A stretch of 64,000 bases of DNA, from the NCBI GenBank assembly GCA_031280685.1, contig JAITGM010000026.1:1888-65887 (forward strand), read 5' to 3'. Numbering within the stretch: position 1 is the stretch's first letter; each line of letters starts with the position of its first letter. A program made the position numbers and the translations under genes. Shown here piece by piece: positions 60,695 through 64,000 of this stretch. The notes under the pieces are model-generated. The model did not search any database. It was not told the DNA's origin and was given only the letters and a program-made list of their open reading frames with translations. The stretch comes from Christensenellaceae bacterium. Lineage in GTDB: Bacteria > Bacillota > Clostridia > Christensenellales > UBA1750.

Positions 60695-62506
60695 ATGGCG
60701 AGGCGCATCGTATTGGACGGAGGCTGGAAATTGGGCATACGGCCCTGCTTCGGCGGGGAGACGGAGGCTGAGTTGCCCGCCGCGCTGCCCCTTGATTTGC
60801 GCGAGGCGCTGGGCTTGCGCGGCGGGAAGGCCGACGAATGGGCGCTCTTGCGGGAGTTTACTCTAAAGACCATGGTCGCAAGGCCTAAGGAGCCTGAGGA
60901 GGGGCGTTCGGAGCGCTTCTTTTTGCATCTGCCCGAGGTTTATGGCCGGGGCGAGGCCTTCTTAAACGGCCACAGGTTGGGCCGGCTGGAAAGCGCTGCG
61001 GTTTTGGAGCTGACCGAGGCCCTGAGCGAGGAGGAGCGGCTGCTCGAGCTGCGTTTTGCCCCGGCGTTGGGCGCGGGCTTTGGCGCCCTGCCCAGGATTC
61101 CCCTGCCGCCGGAGATGGTGGGGAACTACTTTGCCCGCTTTTTGCGCGTGGAGGCGCGGGCGGGACTGCGGGGCGAGGTTGAGCTGCGCGCCGAGATCGA
61201 AGGCTTTGGCGAAGGGAGGGTGCGGCTGCTCTGCCGCCTGCTCCGCGGCGACGAGCTAGCGGCCAGCCGCACGTTGGAGGCCAGAATTCAGGCTAAAAGG
61301 CAGGTGCTTTCCTGCGTGCTGCGGGCCGAGAGCCCGAAGATCTGGCCGGGCGAGGAGGCCGCGGCCGCGCTGTATACCCTGCGGCTGACGCTGGAGCGCG
61401 GCGGCGCGCGCAGCGACATGGCCGAGCTGAAGCTGGGCTTCGCGCCGCGCGAGTTTCGGCCCGAGGGCTTCTTTGGCTGGATGGCGACGGGCTGCCCGGC
61501 TGGGAAGGCGCTGCGAACGCTCCGCTCGCTGGGCTTTACGGCGCTCTGCCTGGAGGAGCCAGGGGAAGGCGCGCTCCGCGAGGCCGACCGGGCCGGGCTT
61601 GAAGTGCTGGCGCTGCTAAGCGAGGGGGAAGCGGATCCGCGCGGGCTGAGCGCCCGCCTGGCAGCGCACCCAAGCGCCCTTGGGCTTGCCTTCCTGGGCC
61701 TTCGTTTTGCCGATGGCAGCCTGGCGGATGCGCGGCATGAAGCGCTGTTCGCGGCGGCCAGGGCGGCAGGGGAACAGGGCCTTTGTGCCCTGAACTTGCC
61801 GCAGAGCGGCCTGGAGCTTTTGGAATGCCCCGAGACGGGACCTGGCCTTGAACGGGCGCTATGGCTCTTCCGCAGCCTGAGCGCGGCCAGGGCACTTGGC
61901 CGCGGGTTTTTGCTGCGCGCGCCACTTGAGGCCCTCGAAGCCGAGGAGGCGGCTGCGCTGCGCGCCGCGCTCGCGCCAAACGCCCTGCAGGCCGAGCTTT
62001 TATCGAAGCGCTTTTACCCGGGGGCCCGCTTTGCCGCCAGGATCAGGCTGCTGGGGGCCGCCGAGGGCGTGCTGCAGGCGCGGGCGGAGCTCTTTCAGAC
62101 CGACGGCAGCCTGGTGGCGCAGCGGATCTTCAGCCTGTGCGCGGGGCCTGAGGAAACGAGCGCGGCGGCGCTGGAAACCCAATTGCCCTGGGGCCTTGGC
62201 GGCGCGCTGCTGCTGCGCCTGGCGCTTTATAGGGGCGAGAGCCTGCTTTGGCGCTGGGACGAGCCCATCCCCTGCGGCGAAAACGGGATGGAGGATGTTG
62301 GCAGCGCCGAAATCACCCTTGCGAGCGCCGGGGCGCGGTGCTATGCTGTGAACGCCGGGCGCGCCGTCGCCTTCGGCCTGCTGGCCGAGGATGCTTCGCT
62401 CTGCGCTCTGCTGCCCGGCGAGCGCGTGCCCGTGACGTTGGGCAAGATGGGGCGCTGGGATGGTTTCCCGGCTGCCGCGCTGGAGGAAGACGATGTTTCG
62501 GACTGA
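60695..62506 (+). CDS. Hypothetical Ala/Leu/Gly-rich protein with a GH2-N-like (sugar-binding jelly-roll) N-terminus
   Basis: FFLHLPEVYGRGEAFLNGHRLGRLE resembles the GH2 N-domain pattern. The rest is low-complexity and GC-driven. Confidence 0.45.
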   Translation: MARRIVLDGGWKLGIRPCFGGETEAELPAALPLDLREALGLRGGKADEWALLREFTLKTMVARPKEPEEGRSERFFLHLPEVYGRGEAFLNGHRLGRLESAAVLELTEALSEEERLLELRFAPALGAGFGALPRIPLPPEMVGNYFARFLRVEARAGLRGEVELRAEIEGFGEGRVRLLCRLLRGDELAASRTLEARIQAKRQVLSCVLRAESPKIWPGEEAAAALYTLRLTLERGGARSDMAELKLGFAPREFRPEGFFGWMATGCPAGKALRTLRSLGFTALCLEEPGEGALREADRAGLEVLALLSEGEADPRGLSARLAAHPSALGLAFLGLRFADGSLADARHEALFAAARAAGEQGLCALNLPQSGLELLECPETGPGLERALWLFRSLSAARALGRGFLLRAPLEALEAEEAAALRAALAPNALQAELLSKRFYPGARFAARIRLLGAAEGVLQARAELFQTDGSLVAQRIFSLCAGPEETSAAALETQLPWGLGGALLLRLALYRGESLLWRWDEPIPCGENGMEDVGSAEITLASAGARCYAVNAGRAVAFGLLAEDASLCALLPGERVPVTLGKMGRWDGFPAAALEEDDVSD

Positions 62507-63047
62507 TTACTTTTGGCCGCTTGAAACCGAGCGGCTCTTCATTCGCCGCCTGGAGCTTGGGGACGCCGGCGATATTTACGCAGTGAGCTCCAACTGCGAG
62601 GTCAGCCGCTATGTTTTGTGGGAAACCCACCGCACCCTAGCGGACTCGAAGGGCTTCATCCGGGGTATTTTGCACAAATACCGCGTGGGCGACCCGGCGA
62701 GCTGGGCCATCGCCCTGAAGGCCGACGGCCGCGTCATCGGCACGATCGGCTTTATGTGGGTCAGTCACGAAAATGCCAGTGCTGAAGTGGGTTACTCCAT
62801 CGGGGTGGAGCACTGGAACAAGGGCTATATGACGGAGGCACTGCAGGCCGTGATCGACTATGGCTTTGGCGAGATGCGGCTCAACCGCATCGAGGCCCAG
62901 CACGACGTCGAAAACCCGGCTTCGGGCCGCGTAATGCTCAAATGCGGCATGCGCGAGGAGGGAACCCTGCGCCAGAGGCTTTATAACAAGGGCAAGTTCG
63001 TCGATGTGGCCGTCTACTCGATTTTGAGGCAGGAATGGCGGCACTAA
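62493..63047 (+). CDS. GNAT-family (RimJ/RimL-like) N-acetyltransferase
   Basis: ERLFIRRLELGDAGDIY...IGTIGF...GYSIGVEHWNKGYMTEALQAVIDYGFGEMRLNRIEA...N.AS.RVMLKCGM. The ATG overlaps the preceding stop. Confidence 0.85.
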   Translation: MFRTDYFWPLETERLFIRRLELGDAGDIYAVSSNCEVSRYVLWETHRTLADSKGFIRGILHKYRVGDPASWAIALKADGRVIGTIGFMWVSHENASAEVGYSIGVEHWNKGYMTEALQAVIDYGFGEMRLNRIEAQHDVENPASGRVMLKCGMREEGTLRQRLYNKGKFVDVAVYSILRQEWRH

Positions 63048-63098
63048 GCCCAGCCGCTTTCGCTAGAAAACGCGAAGAATCCACGCTCTTTTGATTGA

Positions 63099-63911
63099 TC
63101 AGCCTCCCACGACCATGGTCGCGCCCTTTTGCAGCTCCTCGGCGGGCAGTTTATTTTCAAGGCTAGAAAACGCCGCAATCGCCTTCTTGCGGAAGTCATC
63201 CAGGCTTTCTTGGCCGATCGAGCAGTATTGCGGCCGCGGCTTACCGTCCTTATAGACGCAAAACTCCGTCATGAAGCCTAGCGCGAACTGGTTTTGGCGC
63301 TCGTGGGCGGTTTCGGCCCAATCCTCGCCGTAGACGGCCAGCCAATCATAGCGGTTTCGGTCGTTCCCGATGGAATCGCAGAGCCAGCAGACATTCAGAA
63401 AGTCGAAGCATTGCTCGCCCGCGTAATCCTCCAGGGCGATGATGTAGTAATCGTAGTGGTAATGCGGAACGGCCTGCGTCGGCTCATGGCTGATGGGCAC
63501 CATGAAGCCCGCGCGGGGGTCAAAGGGCGCCCAGGAAAGGGGAAGCTCCTCGATATGAACCTCAGGGGCGGCGGCGCTCTTGGCGTGTGCCGCGCCGATG
63601 TAGGCATATTTGATGTTCATGAGGCCTGAAACCGCCTCGTAGGCCGGCATGCGGTACTCGAAGGTGAGGAAGCGGACACGGCTGCTATCCCAAAACTCGA
63701 CGGAGGCAAAGTCCATCGAAGAGGGATTGAGCCGGGTTTCGTTGAGCGAGCGGCCCTCGAAGGCGAAGGGGACGGGAATGCTCGTGCTGGGGGGAGAGGA
63801 GACGTTGCTGGCGGGGGAGCTTGCGGGGAAAAGAGTGCTGTGGAGAGTGAAGGCGACGGCAGAGAGCGTGGCCGCGATTGTGATCATCGATCCGGCAATA
63901 ATGAGCTGCAT
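63099..63911 (-). CDS. Hypothetical membrane-anchored protein (N-terminal TM, Ser/Pro linker)
   Basis: MQLIIAGSMITIAATLSAVAF TM segment, then a PASSPASNVSSPPSTS linker. No family recognised. Confidence 0.5.
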   Translation of the reverse strand: MQLIIAGSMITIAATLSAVAFTLHSTLFPASSPASNVSSPPSTSIPVPFAFEGRSLNETRLNPSSMDFASVEFWDSSRVRFLTFEYRMPAYEAVSGLMNIKYAYIGAAHAKSAAAPEVHIEELPLSWAPFDPRAGFMVPISHEPTQAVPHYHYDYYIIALEDYAGEQCFDFLNVCWLCDSIGNDRNRYDWLAVYGEDWAETAHERQNQFALGFMTEFCVYKDGKPRPQYCSIGQESLDDFRKKAIAAFSSLENKLPAEELQKGATMVVGG

Positions 63912-64000
63912 TCTAAGCTTTTTGGTTTTTTTCTCGCCCTCTTCTGTGGTGCTTTCCTGAAGAACACTTCTTCTTTGAAGAATCGCAGCCGAAATGGCGA

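Overview
The window has two very different halves. (1) 1 to ~28750 is the right-hand part of an integrated mobile element with a Tn1549/Tn916-like layout; its left end is off-window. In order it carries an XRE regulator, a SLOG/DUF1273 protein, topoisomerase III, a DUF4314-type protein, MobC, small Cys-rich and membrane proteins, and a relaxase. A ~15 kb glycoside-utilisation cargo follows (GPH/MFS transporter, AraC regulator, GH78-like, clan-A GH, GH1, GH3, GH94-like phosphorylase, AT-rich nucleoside-hydrolase-like gene). It ends with an atypical response regulator, a sigma region-4 protein, a DinG/XPD-like Fe-S helicase, a Xis-like HTH protein and a tyrosine integrase. (2) ~28750 to 64000 is a very GC-rich Firmicutes/Clostridia-type chromosome. 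It carries a BlaI/BlaR1-like pair, rpmG-secE-nusG-rplK-rplA, tRNA-Arg and tRNA-Thr, GH3, mtnN, lysA, valS, iorAB plus an aryl-acid CoA ligase, and housekeeping or hypothetical genes. The best leads are three T-box leaders. One is canonical (valS, specifier GUC). One reads UGG (Trp) in front of iorA-iorB-arylacetate-CoA ligase. One reads GUA (Val) in front of a lone medium-chain acyl-CoA synthetase. Together they suggest tRNA-charging-gated salvage of organic acids into amino acids. Other leads are a modular GC-rich repeat family placed just after stop codons (one copy holds a ~195 bp tandem expansion), a 500 bp hairpin-rich non-coding block before the DinG-like helicase, frameshifted genes, and an integrase scar next to tRNA-Arg after rplA. 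I recognised no rRNA, CRISPR array or canonical defence system. All calls come from reading the sequence and the ORF track; no searches were run.
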